Positions 45,725-55,342 of a stretch of DNA of 64,000 bases are shown in pieces (position 1 is the first letter of the stretch; every line of letters starts with the position of its first letter). The translations under genes and the position numbers were made by a program. The notes beneath the pieces were generated by a model that was given only the letters and a program-made list of their open reading frames with translations, did not search any database and was not told where the DNA came from. The stretch is taken from NCBI GenBank assembly GCA_903851045.1, contig CAINNF010000007.1, forward strand, positions 11,289 to 75,288, read 5' to 3'. Origin of the DNA: Candidatus Adlerbacteria bacterium (lineage in GTDB: Bacteria; Patescibacteriota; Minisyncoccia; Phycocordibacterales; SBAW01).

Positions 45725-46015
45725 TTAGTATGGGCTAGTGGAGCTGGTAGGGGAGGCGACCTGAAGCGGGTGCGGATCGACCGTGTATGTGTGCTGCAGC
45801 TGCTGCGAAGCGTACGAACCGCTGTTTTGGGTATAGGCGGTGGTCTCTGAGGTTGTGGCGTGGAAGTTGACCGGGGGCTGGACGAAGAGACTCTTGATGT
45901 TCAGGTCCTTCAATCTACCCTGTTGCCACAACAGGAGAAAACATCCTCCGATGATCAGAACTAACAATAAGACGCCCTCCCATGGGTTTACGGGTGCTGG
46001 TTTGTCCTCTGCCAT
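45725..46015 (-). CDS. Hypothetical membrane-anchored protein (96 aa)
   Basis: GVLLLVLIIGGCFLLLW TM helix. Confidence 0.35.
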   Translation of the reverse strand: MAEDKPAPVNPWEGVLLLVLIIGGCFLLLWQQGRLKDLNIKSLFVQPPVNFHATTSETTAYTQNSGSYASQQLQHTYTVDPHPLQVASPTSSTSPY

Positions 46016-46038
46016 GGCTCTATACTACCGCACATTTT

Positions 46039-47298
46039 TTATTTGTGTGAGTCTCGAAGTTTGTGTAGTTCTTCGGTCGCGACCTGTTTGTCGCTCCACA
46101 CCTCCTTCGAACCGTTCGGTCCCATGATGTACGGGTCGGTGCCTTTGCCCGTGATCAAGACGACCACGTCGTAGCCCTCGTCGCGAAGGGTGTGGGCACT
46201 ACTGAGCGCCTCCGCGATAGCTTTTCGTCGATGAAAAATGATCTGTGGTGTATGGATAGTAAAACCACGGGCGAGTTCGTTCAATATCTTTTGCGGATCT
46301 TCGTCATAGGGGTCTTCGTTGGCGAGGATGATGGTGTCGCACAGCTGGTCGGCTATCTTGCCCATCTCGGGACGCTTCCACGTGTCGCGCCCGCCGCCCG
46401 TAGAACCCATGACCACGATGATCCTCTTGCTCTTGTATGTCTCGAACAGGGCTTTGAGCGAGTCGGGGGTGTGCGCGTAGTCGACGACGACCGCGAAGTC
46501 TTGTCCCGCTTCGACTCGCTCCGCACGGCCCAGTATCGGCTGCACATGTTCCAGCGACTTCTTGATGGTCTGCATATCGATACCCATGGCGACGCCAAGC
46601 GCTATAGTGCCGAGTATGTTGCGCAAATTGAACAGTCCTGGCAGAGGAATGGTACAGAGCTCTCCTTTTTTGTATACAAAGCGTACGCCAGTATCGTCCA
46701 CCGTGTACGGGTCCGCGTCGGCCAACTGGAAGGGCACCTTCACTTCGACGTTCGTTTTGAGAAACTCCTCGCCGTACACATCGTCCATGTTCGCGACAAT
46801 GATACGCGGCCGTTTCGGTGACTCCGCAAGACCGTGAGCGAGCGAAAGTTTCGCTTGTGCGTACGCCTCTAGTGACCCATGTGACTCGAGGTGTTCGGGT
46901 TGGAGATTGGTGAAGAGGAGCGCATCGAGTTCGATACCTCTGTGGCGGAATTGCTTCGCACCCTCGGACGTCATCTCGATGATGACATGCGTACACTTCG
47001 CATCGAGCGCGCGGCGCATAAATTGCTGCAAATAGGCGCGCCCCGGCATCGTCATCTTAAAAAGATTCGGTTCAATCTCGTCTCCGATACGGAAGTGGAT
47101 GGTGGATGCGAGCGCGACCTTGTACCCCGCGCCCGCGAGCATGGTGCGCACGAGTTCGGACGTGGTCGATTTGCCCTTGGTGCCGGTAATACCAATGACG
47201 AACAATGCGTGCGACGGGTTGCCATAGAATTTCGCACCCAGCAGCGCGAACCATAGGTGGTAGAGGCTCAACAATTTTTTCGGAATGAATCTTCTCAT
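46039..47298 (-). CDS. murE: Mur ligase family, UDP-N-acetylmuramoyl-tripeptide synthetase (MurE-like)
   Basis: GITGTKGKSTT P-loop, DYAHTPDS and the Mur ligase central and C-terminal domains; 419 aa. Confidence 0.8.
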   Translation of the reverse strand: MRRFIPKKLLSLYHLWFALLGAKFYGNPSHALFVIGITGTKGKSTTSELVRTMLAGAGYKVALASTIHFRIGDEIEPNLFKMTMPGRAYLQQFMRRALDAKCTHVIIEMTSEGAKQFRHRGIELDALLFTNLQPEHLESHGSLEAYAQAKLSLAHGLAESPKRPRIIVANMDDVYGEEFLKTNVEVKVPFQLADADPYTVDDTGVRFVYKKGELCTIPLPGLFNLRNILGTIALGVAMGIDMQTIKKSLEHVQPILGRAERVEAGQDFAVVVDYAHTPDSLKALFETYKSKRIIVVMGSTGGGRDTWKRPEMGKIADQLCDTIILANEDPYDEDPQKILNELARGFTIHTPQIIFHRRKAIAEALSSAHTLRDEGYDVVVLITGKGTDPYIMGPNGSKEVWSDKQVATEELHKLRDSHK

Positions 47299-47307
47299 GG
47301 TGTGTGG

Positions 47308-47919
47308 TTAGGAGGTGGTGGTGTGTGTGCCGAGGAAGCGTAGTGCGGCCGAAAGTCGCTCGCGGGTGCCGCGGGTGGTGGGTGGGATCTCCTTGAGTAT
47401 CCGGCGACTCTCCTCGGCGCGATAGCCTAAAGCCATGAGCGCCTCGATGACATCGGAGTCGTCTTCGGCGCGAGGCCCTGCGCCCGCGGCTGGCACCTCG
47501 AGTTTAATTTTATCGCGCAGCTCGACCACCAGTCGTTCGGCACTCTTCTTGCCAATGCCAAAAACTTTGATGAGTGTTACCGAGTCGCTCTGGGCGATGG
47601 CGCGCTTCAGCGACGACACTTCGGCGACGCTCATGATGCCCAGCGCCGTCTTGGGACCGACCCCTGAGACGCTCATGAGCTGTTTGAAGAATGCCAGCTC
47701 TTCTTCGGAAGGAAAGCCGTAGAGGTCGATAGCATCCTCGCGCACCGCCGTGTGGATATACAGCGACACCCGACCCCCCACAATCTCCGAAAGTGCGGCC
47801 AAAGTGAGCGAAGGGGTGCGCACGGTATACCCAACCCCCGAGACATCAATAAGAGCCGACCCATCTGGCGTCGTCCCCCCAAACTCTCCCGTTAGTCGAC
47901 CTATCATGCTGTTAATCAT
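47308..47919 (-). CDS. ruvA: Holliday junction DNA helicase RuvA
   Basis: MIGRLTGEF...VSGVGYTV... HhH pairs (LMSVSGVGPKTALGIM; IKVFGIGKKSAERLV); 203 aa. Confidence 0.85.
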   Translation of the reverse strand: MINSMIGRLTGEFGGTTPDGSALIDVSGVGYTVRTPSLTLAALSEIVGGRVSLYIHTAVREDAIDLYGFPSEEELAFFKQLMSVSGVGPKTALGIMSVAEVSSLKRAIAQSDSVTLIKVFGIGKKSAERLVVELRDKIKLEVPAAGAGPRAEDDSDVIEALMALGYRAEESRRILKEIPPTTRGTRERLSAALRFLGTHTTTS

Positions 47920-47981
47920 ACATGAGGCGGCTCTAGCCCCGAAATTTGCTTTTTTGGGAAATAGTGCGTATTATGCTGGGC

Positions 47982-48281
47982 ATGGCAATTACCAAAGGAG
48001 GAAAGAAGGCGCACCGCCAGGCGCTGCGTAAGCGTGAGATGAACATTACGCGCAAGGAGGCTATCCGCTCGGCCAACAAGGTCGCTCGCACAGCCCCCAA
48101 AGGCGACACGGCAGCACTCGCTGCCGCTTATAAGGCTATAGATAAGGCGCTCAAGCGTGGCATTTTAAAGAAGAACACTGCAGCCCGCCGCAAGGCCAAG
48201 GTCGCCAAGCTTCTAAAGCCGACCACCGATGCTCCCATCGTGAAAGTCGCTCCCAAAAAGGCGGCAAAAGCAACTAAGTAA
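47982..48281 (+). CDS. rpsT: 30S ribosomal protein S20
   Basis: MAITKGGKKAHRQALRKREMNITRKEAIRSANKVARTA...KALKRGILKKNTAARRKAKVAKLL. Confidence 0.8.
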   Translation: MAITKGGKKAHRQALRKREMNITRKEAIRSANKVARTAPKGDTAALAAAYKAIDKALKRGILKKNTAARRKAKVAKLLKPTTDAPIVKVAPKKAAKATK

Positions 48282-48283
48282 AC

Positions 48284-48332
48284 AACAAACCCCTCGAAAG
48301 AGGGGTTTGTTGTGAGCGGCGCATTTTTTTAT
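48284..48332 (+). terminator. Rho-independent terminator after rpsT
   Basis: aacaaacccctc-gaaag-aggggtttgtt hairpin followed by a T-run. Confidence 0.65.
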
Positions 48333-48350
48333 TTGATATATACTTTCAGC

Positions 48351-51158
48351 ATGCAGACAGGTATAGAGGCGGGGAGGGCGACCGAGAGTGCGCGACAGGA
48401 GTTGGAGAATCTTCGTCGACGGGCCGCTCAGCTGGAGGCCTCGCTTGCACAGGGGGCTGCTCCCACTGCCCCTACGAGTCCTGCCGCCCACGTTGAGCGG
48501 TCTCAGGAGGCCGCAACACGCGCGGTCGGGGAGCAGTGGCAACAGGCGGTCCAAAAGCCATCACCCGCCGAAGCTCCACGTGTCGCGTCGCACCCAGACG
48601 CCATCACCCTACAACTGACTCCGGAGGAACATGACGAGCGTATGGGTGAGTTCATCTATGTACTCCAAGAGAGTGGTGTGGTGAAGGCGATAGAGGCAGC
48701 CGAGGCGACTGGCAACCCGCACCTCATCGACGACTTCCACCGGGTACTCGTTGAGTGGGTGCGCGAAGGTCTGCCCGCAAAAGGTGCCGACCGGGAACCC
48801 TACAAGGTGCCGCTCTCGCTGGTGCTCTATGAGGTGACGCTGCCGCAAGCGGGGTCCGATAAGGAAAAGTCGTCCGACCCGACCCGAGAGCTGCGCGAAT
48901 TCATATCGCTTATGGAGCAGTTCTACCGCGGGATGCTCCAAATGGACGCCAAACATGGCGAGTACTTCTCGTTCGAGATAGCCAACCCGGCTGGTGCCGC
49001 GCACACGAGCGTCTACATGGCGATACCACGCACCCGCAAGGCGATGTTCGAGAAGCAGCTCATGTCCCTCTACCCATCGGCTCGTCTCAAAGAGCTGCAC
49101 GATGACTACAATGCGTTCGCGAGCGGTTCGCAGGTGGTCGCCGCGAGCGCGAACCAGGTCGAGCAACACATCTACTCGTTGCGGACGTTCGACGTGTTCC
49201 CGAACGACCCGCTCGACTCGCTATTGAACGCATTTTCAAAATTGGACGAGACTGGCGAAGGTGCGGCCATACAGTTCGTCGTCTCACCCTACGACAAAGG
49301 GCTTTCGAAGCGGTATCGTACCGCGCTGCAAAGCATACATGCCGGTATCGAACTTCGGCAGGCGACCAAGTTGCCGATGGGTATGAAGCGCGTGTTCCAC
49401 GATATATACACCGTCTTCAACGTGCCCAAGAAAGAGGATGAGGATAAACGACTGCGACCGGATGACCCACGCATCAAGAACATCGAGAACAAGCTGGCGA
49501 GTCCGATACTGCTCGTCGACATTCGGACGGTCGCCTCGGCCGCGACCGCATCGAGAGCAAGGGAGATACTCGAGGACGTCAAAGCATCGTTCCAGCAGTT
49601 CACGGATACCGCGGGCAACCGACTGCTGTTCAAGGAGGTGCCGAGCCGAAAGATCGGTTCGTTCGCACACACATTCTCGTATCGTATGCTGAACGAACGC
49701 AGCGCCATGCCGCTCTCGGCGATGGAGCTCGCGACTCTCGCACACCTGCCGCGACCCGAGGCACGGGAGTTCGCGCCGGATATCCGTCAAGACAAGAGCC
49801 AGGCGGCCGCAGCCCCGATCGGGCTTCCGAAACAAGGTGTGCTCCTAGGTGTCAATCGTTTTCGCAACAACGAAACGAAGGTGTTCATCCAACCCGAGGA
49901 TCGTATGCGACACTTGTACCTTATCGGACAGACCGGTACCGGTAAGTCGGTGTTGCTCAAAAATATCGTCATTCAAGATATCAAGAGTGGGGCAGGGGTG
50001 TGCTTCCTCGACCCGCACGGCTCGGACGTGCTCGATATCCTCTCCGCCATCCCGCCGGAGCGTATGGACGATGTCATCTACCTTGACCCGGGTTCTATGG
50101 ATCGGCCGATGGGGCTCAATATGCTCGAGTATGACCCTGCGCATCCGGAGCAAAAGACGCTCGTGGTGGACGAACTCTTCGGCATCTTCAAAAAACTCTT
50201 CGGTGCGGTGCCAGAGAGTATGGGGCCTGCGTTCGAACAATACTTCCGTAACTCGGCACTTTTGGTCATGGAGGACCCCGCATCAGGGAACACTTTGTTG
50301 GATATCTCGCGCATATTCGCCGACGAAGACTTCCGCCAACGCAAGCTCGCGGCGTGTAAGAATCCGATCGTCAAGCAGTTTTGGGAGGGTATCGCCATGA
50401 AGACGACCGGCGAGCAGGGGCTCGAGAACTATGGCCCGTACGTCACCAACAAGTTCGACGTCTTCACGACGAACGACTTCGTGCGCCCGATGATCTCTCA
50501 GCAAAAGTCCGCGTTCAACTTTCGCGACCTTATGGACAACCGCAAGATCCTGCTCGTGAACCTGGCCAAAGGGCGTATCGGCGACATCAATGCCAACCTG
50601 CTCGGTCTCATCATCGTTGGGAAGTTCCTCATCGCCGCGCTGTCGCGGGTCGACTCCTTCGGTCAAGAGTTAGCACCGTTCTATCTCCACATCGATGAGT
50701 TCCAAAACTTCGCTACACCATCCATCTCGACCATCCTTTCGGAGGCTCGCAAATATAAATTGTCGCTCACTATCGCGCACCAATTCATCGCCCAGCTAAC
50801 GGATGAGATCAAAGACGCGGTGTTCGGTAACGTCGGTTCGATGTGCGCATTCCGTGTCGGCGTGGACGACAGTGAATTCTTGGAGAAGCAGTTCGCTCCC
50901 GTGTTCTCCGCTGCCGACCTGATGCGCGTCGACAACTACAATGCGCACCTCAAGTTGCTCATCAGCGGCAAGCCGTCGCAACCGTTCAATATCGAGACGC
51001 TACCGTTCCACGGCGGTACCAAAGAGTATGTGCAGCAGCTCCAAGCCCTCTCGGCACTGCGCTACGGCCGCCCGCGAGCCGAAGTCGAAGCCGAAATGGC
51101 CGCCGCCTTCGCCGGTGTCGTCCAAGACCCGGCCACTTTGATGACGGGGGGAATGTAA
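48351..51158 (+). CDS. VirD4/TraG/TraD-family (TrwB-type) P-loop ATPase with about 430-aa N-terminal domain of unknown function and no obvious TM anchor; putative coupling-protein-like ATPase
   Basis: Walker A YLIGQTGTGKSVLL; FLDPHGSDVLDILSAIP (the DPKGD-like motif); ILLVNLAKGRIGD; Walker B-like FYLHIDEFQNFAT; TIAHQFIAQL. Confidence 0.55.
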   Translation: MQTGIEAGRATESARQELENLRRRAAQLEASLAQGAAPTAPTSPAAHVERSQEAATRAVGEQWQQAVQKPSPAEAPRVASHPDAITLQLTPEEHDERMGEFIYVLQESGVVKAIEAAEATGNPHLIDDFHRVLVEWVREGLPAKGADREPYKVPLSLVLYEVTLPQAGSDKEKSSDPTRELREFISLMEQFYRGMLQMDAKHGEYFSFEIANPAGAAHTSVYMAIPRTRKAMFEKQLMSLYPSARLKELHDDYNAFASGSQVVAASANQVEQHIYSLRTFDVFPNDPLDSLLNAFSKLDETGEGAAIQFVVSPYDKGLSKRYRTALQSIHAGIELRQATKLPMGMKRVFHDIYTVFNVPKKEDEDKRLRPDDPRIKNIENKLASPILLVDIRTVASAATASRAREILEDVKASFQQFTDTAGNRLLFKEVPSRKIGSFAHTFSYRMLNERSAMPLSAMELATLAHLPRPEAREFAPDIRQDKSQAAAAPIGLPKQGVLLGVNRFRNNETKVFIQPEDRMRHLYLIGQTGTGKSVLLKNIVIQDIKSGAGVCFLDPHGSDVLDILSAIPPERMDDVIYLDPGSMDRPMGLNMLEYDPAHPEQKTLVVDELFGIFKKLFGAVPESMGPAFEQYFRNSALLVMEDPASGNTLLDISRIFADEDFRQRKLAACKNPIVKQFWEGIAMKTTGEQGLENYGPYVTNKFDVFTTNDFVRPMISQQKSAFNFRDLMDNRKILLVNLAKGRIGDINANLLGLIIVGKFLIAALSRVDSFGQELAPFYLHIDEFQNFATPSISTILSEARKYKLSLTIAHQFIAQLTDEIKDAVFGNVGSMCAFRVGVDDSEFLEKQFAPVFSAADLMRVDNYNAHLKLLISGKPSQPFNIETLPFHGGTKEYVQQLQALSALRYGRPRAEVEAEMAAAFAGVVQDPATLMTGGM

Positions 51159-51327
51159 AACATATAAGCGCTGTGTAAAGAAAAAGGGAGCCCGGAGGCT
51201 CCCTTAAGGAAAAACGATCTTATATCACGCGACGAAATATGGCGGAGCATATGCATTGTAGTACAATAGGAGTGTACGAAGTCTGTTTTTTACGTACATT
51301 TACTACCCATTAATTTCTACAAATTAT

Positions 51328-52044
51328 ATGAGTCTGAATCAGAGGGGGAACCTTCGTGTTGTGGGAGGGACAGAGGCGGGTCTGGATAAGCCGGAGCAAC
51401 CCGAGACAGCTCGAGAGAAAGCTTGGAAGACGGGGGCAGAGCGGCGAGAAAAGATAAAGAACTTCTTTGCTTCGGCAACAGAGAAGGTCACTCAAGGTCT
51501 CGACAAAGGAGTGACCTACGCGCTCGGTTCTCCCGAGGCGGTAGCACACGCAGGAGGAAAGGCGTGGGATGGTATGACCGCAGCAACCGGAAGGTTTTTG
51601 AACAAGGTGGATGCGGCGGCTATTCGTCTGGACGATACGGCGACCCGGGCTATCGGTACCGCAAAAGACAAGACCGTTGGGTTGGCCAAGCGCGCTGCCG
51701 CGTGGGGGTTGAACACCTTCATTGCACCTATCGAGAACAAGATTACGGACATCTGTAACATTCCTGCTGGGGTGCGAGAATGGCGCGCAGAACGTGCGGC
51801 AGCCAAGGCTAGCGCGATCGAAGCTGCTGGTGCGAGCGATGCGGCGGCGATCGAAAGACAGATCGAGGACCTAAGGACTCATCTCGAAGAGGTTAAACGA
51901 AAAGCGGAAGAAGCTAAGGCGGAAGCGCTCGCTAGGTCCTCAGGGTTGCGCGCGAGAGCAGTTGACTCTCGCGCTAAGAACAAAAATCGCAGACTAGTCC
52001 CACAGGCATTAGGTTGGTTGCGACCAACACAAGCTGCAGCATAA
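51328..52044 (+). CDS. Hypothetical alanine-rich protein with basic C-terminus
   Basis: 238-aa ORF, A/K/E-rich helical low complexity. Confidence 0.4.
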   Translation: MSLNQRGNLRVVGGTEAGLDKPEQPETAREKAWKTGAERREKIKNFFASATEKVTQGLDKGVTYALGSPEAVAHAGGKAWDGMTAATGRFLNKVDAAAIRLDDTATRAIGTAKDKTVGLAKRAAAWGLNTFIAPIENKITDICNIPAGVREWRAERAAAKASAIEAAGASDAAAIERQIEDLRTHLEEVKRKAEEAKAEALARSSGLRARAVDSRAKNKNRRLVPQALGWLRPTQAAA

Positions 52045-52064
52045 TTATCGTATAACTATCATAT

Positions 52065-52391
52065 ATGACAGTAGAACAAGTACGAGGGGTGTTGCGTGAC
52101 GGTGGGTTCTCTCCAGAGATACATGCGGCGATGAGTACGATACTTGATGCGGCGGCGGTACGTGGGAGTCTGACCGAGGAAGACAAGACAAAGCTGCTCG
52201 ACCTGATCGACATGGATGTTACCGCCACGGACATCGAGGCAGAGACGATGGAAGACATGGCGGTCGCGCTCGACGAATTCGCCAAAGAGGCTGATGAGGC
52301 GGTCCGGGCTGCGGATGCCGAGTACGAGAAGATCGAGGCCGAGTTGCTCGCCGAGTTGCAGGCGCTCACGCCGGAGGCTGTGGCCGCGTAA
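52065..52391 (+). CDS. Small acidic hypothetical protein (108 aa)
   Basis: ORF with E/D-rich helical sequence; ends 15 bp before tRNA-Arg. Confidence 0.35.
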   Translation: MTVEQVRGVLRDGGFSPEIHAAMSTILDAAAVRGSLTEEDKTKLLDLIDMDVTATDIEAETMEDMAVALDEFAKEADEAVRAADAEYEKIEAELLAELQALTPEAVAA

Positions 52392-52405
52392 GATCGTTTT
52401 TTTTG

Positions 52406-52477
52406 TGCCCCCGGCAGGAATCGAACCCGCATCGCCTCCTTCGGAGGGAGGCATCCTATCCATTGAACGACGGGGGC
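52406..52477 (-). tRNA. tRNA-Arg (anticodon CCG)
   Basis: Minus strand GCCCCCG-TC-GTTC-AATGGATA-GGAT-G-CCTCC-CTCCGAA-GGAGG-CGAT-GCGGG-TTCGATT-CCTGC-CGGGGGC-A; 72 nt. Confidence 0.8.
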
Positions 52478-52552
52478 GTGTGATAGACATCGACACGAAC
52501 CAAGCGCACCCTCTCACGGTACCGCAGTAGTCCTGGTGGTGCAAAGATGTGT

Positions 52553-53299
52553 TTACGAACACGGGCAAGTGTCCCACAACAGATCGAACGAATGTCGTTC
52601 GATCTCCGCGATCTCGTGACTTTGTATCAAGACGCACATCAGCTCCTTTTCGGACGTGAAGTAGGCGACCTTGTCTCCATATATCGCAATGTTGGCACTG
52701 AAGCGACTTGTTTTCGGCAAGAATTTGGTCGTTCGCAGTTCGTCTAGGTCTTTAGGAACCAGCCTCCTTGAAAAGCTCTCGTCGAGCACCAGTTGCCTGA
52801 AACTGATCCCGTTCGCGACCCGGGTCGGGATATACGTTCTTTCGATATATCTCTCGGACACCACTTCGTTGAGCTTTTGGGCAGAGCCGAGGTAGAGGAT
52901 CTCGCCCGCGCCAGAGGTAAGCGTATCGGCGAGTACCGACAAGTAGCCTCCCTTGCCATGATAGTAGTGTACGCGTGGCGAGTCTTTGGACCTCTTCTCG
53001 AGCGCCTCGAACTGCGGCATCGCTTCGGTAAAATTCCTCTTTAGATTTTCTATTTTTTGCAGCAGGGTGCGTGGGTCGGATGCGACGAATCGCGCACCAC
53101 GCGAGCCCTTGAACTGGGCGATGATACCTCGGCGTATCAGCTGCTCCACGATAGGGTAGAGGGTGGTGCGGTTGATGTGTGTTCGCTCAGAGAGCGCTTT
53201 GATCGAGACACCACTATCCGCCAGCACGGCCAGATAGATAGCCGCCTCTTTGTCCGAGAGGCCGTACTCACGCAAAATTGTTTTGAGTCCAGCATGCAT
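52553..53299 (-). CDS. TrmB-family transcriptional regulator
   Basis: N-terminal wHTH LREYGLSDKEAAIYLAVLADSGVSIKALSERTHINRTTLYPIVEQLIRRGII plus a TrmB-type C-terminal domain; 248 aa. Confidence 0.75.
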   Translation of the reverse strand: MHAGLKTILREYGLSDKEAAIYLAVLADSGVSIKALSERTHINRTTLYPIVEQLIRRGIIAQFKGSRGARFVASDPRTLLQKIENLKRNFTEAMPQFEALEKRSKDSPRVHYYHGKGGYLSVLADTLTSGAGEILYLGSAQKLNEVVSERYIERTYIPTRVANGISFRQLVLDESFSRRLVPKDLDELRTTKFLPKTSRFSANIAIYGDKVAYFTSEKELMCVLIQSHEIAEIERHSFDLLWDTCPCS

Positions 53300-53514
53300 A
53301 TGTTGAAAATTTTGACAACAAAGTGATGGTATAACCTGTCTGTGATAGTGTCAATATGGTCTTTATTTTCAACGTTTTATATATATGTACGATATGGGAT
53401 GGTGTCTGTGTGAGCGCCTTAAGTCTAAGTTGTGGTCAAAAACAAACCATCTGAGTAGTCTACGGTCTGACCTCTGTCGAGGTCTATGTACAACTGTCGT
53501 GAGGAGGGCTGGAT

Positions 53515-54510
53515 ATGAAACCGATGCTCGTCTCGTGCCCCCGGTACTGGGCGCTCCAAGGACATCGATTGCACGAGAGATATATCTCATACCTCTCGCT
53601 CAATCAAAACAGCGTGTGCGATGTCGACTGTCAGGGGTGCTTTCGCTATCCTAGTCGAAAGCGTGGGTTGCCGAAAGAAAGTCTTCTGACGATGGAGGAC
53701 TACGAGCGACTGATTACCGAGTTCGGTGCCGCTGGCGGACTGGCGCTCGAGATCTCCGGCGAAGGGGAGCCGCTCATGAGCCACAACACACTCCCCATTA
53801 TTCGTCTCGCCTCACAACTCGGTCTGTGGACAACGCTCATCACCAACGGACATCTCCTTACGGACGACATGCTCCGTGAGCTCGTTGAGTTACAGGTTGC
53901 GCTCGTTCTGAGTCTACACTCGCTTGTCGAAGCGGTATATGAACGCGATAGCGGCTCTCGCGGGAGCTTTGGTCGTAAGATGAAAAACATCGACCGTGCT
54001 GCAGAAGTGTTTCGTGGCACGGGGTGGCTGGAGCGTGGTCGTGACATACGGCGGGCCGCTATACACTGGACGCTCCAATCTGACAATGTTGGAGAAGTGG
54101 CAGATGCACGCGCGTTCTGTGATGAGAGGGGGCTCCTGTTCAGTATAGCGCCGCTCGCAAAGACGGGTCATGCGGCAGCGAGGCCCGATCTGTGGTTGCC
54201 TGACGAGCAGCGGCTCAAGACGGTCAACGCACTTGGTGATGAGTCGATCATCTTCTATGACGAACCAGGTGGCCGAGTGGTCTGTGGTACCTGCAAGTAC
54301 GGTCTCAATGTCGGCGCGGATGGTAACCTGCTACTCGATGCGCATGGCGGCTACCAGGTCGACATCTCGAATATCCGTACCACCAGTTTTGCTGAAGCGG
54401 TACGACTGCAGCATGCGTACTCGGCTCGCATGTTCGCGCAGCTCGATGGTTTTTGCCCCGTACGAGACCCAGGATGGTTGGAATTCCTTGCCGAACAACG
54501 ATATCGGTAA
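53515..54510 (+). CDS. Radical SAM domain protein
   Basis: CDVDCQGC (CX3CX2C) cluster motif, GEGEPLM glycine-rich SAM motif, and additional C-terminal cysteines (VVCGTCKYG); 331 aa. Confidence 0.75.
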   Translation: MKPMLVSCPRYWALQGHRLHERYISYLSLNQNSVCDVDCQGCFRYPSRKRGLPKESLLTMEDYERLITEFGAAGGLALEISGEGEPLMSHNTLPIIRLASQLGLWTTLITNGHLLTDDMLRELVELQVALVLSLHSLVEAVYERDSGSRGSFGRKMKNIDRAAEVFRGTGWLERGRDIRRAAIHWTLQSDNVGEVADARAFCDERGLLFSIAPLAKTGHAAARPDLWLPDEQRLKTVNALGDESIIFYDEPGGRVVCGTCKYGLNVGADGNLLLDAHGGYQVDISNIRTTSFAEAVRLQHAYSARMFAQLDGFCPVRDPGWLEFLAEQRYR

Positions 54511-54620
54511 GCCACGAGCTACTTTGGACCCGTCTCTGTTTCAGAGATGGGTCTTTACATATCGCCACGGACAGTACCACAAACGAAAAAAGCGCAGCAG
54601 TGCGCTTTTTTCGTTTGTGG

Positions 54621-54692
54621 TGCTCCCGGCAGGAATCGAACCCACATTGCATCCTCCGCAAGGATGCGTCCTATCCATTGAACGACGGGAGC
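54621..54692 (-). tRNA. tRNA-Arg (anticodon GCG as read from the sequence)
   Basis: Minus strand GCTCCCG-TC-GTTC-AATGGATA-GGAC-G-CATCC-TTGCGGA-GGATG-CAAT-GTGGG-TTCGATT-CCTGC-CGGGAGC-A; D- and T-arms near-identical to the tRNA at 52406-52477. Confidence 0.75.
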
Positions 54693-54762
54693 TATTCGGC
54701 TTTCGCACACCCCGAACCCACCGTAGTGGGGGAGAGGTGTATCCAAAATACACTACATGTCG

Positions 54763-55251
54763 CTATATTCCAAGTAGGGCGGCGAGGTGTTCGACGAAGT
54801 GAGGTTCTTGCTTCTCTTCTTCTACATGGTCTAGTAGGTAGTCGCGCACGGCTTCGGCGTGGTCGGTGTCTTCCAAAGGCAGCACGAAACGCGGGTGCAG
54901 AACGCCCGAAGTAGTAAGGTAGAGTAGTGCGCGTGGCTCGAACTCGGCGTCATGTTCGACCTCCTCGATAGCTACCCAAAAGGAGCGTATCGCCGGATAG
55001 CGGTAGAGCGTGCCGTCGATATCGACACCGCGTGGCGTGAGGACCACCTCATGTTCTCGGGGACCCCGGATGGTGAGAAAGAGGATGCTACCGATACCGA
55101 TTGCGAGTACGAACGCGAACAGGATATCGTTGAAGTAGATGGACACGCCGATACCAACGACGGCGAGCAGACCAAGTGCCCAGTACCAATCGTTCGTCCG
55201 ATCTTCATGTTCGTGCGTGAGCACCGTCCAACTGAGCATGTTTCCCTCCAT
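54763..55251 (-). CDS. Hypothetical membrane protein (2 TM)
   Basis: WYWALGLLAVVGIGVSIYFNDILFAFVLAIGIGSILFL; 162 aa. Confidence 0.45.
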   Translation of the reverse strand: MEGNMLSWTVLTHEHEDRTNDWYWALGLLAVVGIGVSIYFNDILFAFVLAIGIGSILFLTIRGPREHEVVLTPRGVDIDGTLYRYPAIRSFWVAIEEVEHDAEFEPRALLYLTTSGVLHPRFVLPLEDTDHAEAVRDYLLDHVEEEKQEPHFVEHLAALLGI

Positions 55252-55314
55252 TACTTATAGTATACACCGCCAAACGCAAGCATCTCTCTAATCCCCACGT
55301 TGGTTCTGGACCAT

Positions 55315-55328
55315 CGAACAAATGTTCG
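55315..55328 (+). promoter_or_regulatory. LexA operator (Cheo-box type, CGAACAAATGTTCG)
   Basis: Perfect CGAAC-N4-GTTCG palindrome 15 bp upstream of the lexA start codon. Confidence 0.75.
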
Positions 55329-55342
55329 ACTATACTAGGGAC

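Noticed and set aside
46192-46996. Overlapping 209-aa plus-strand and 230-aa minus-strand ORFs
   Set aside because: Alternative frames and antisense over murE; Arg-rich, no motifs.
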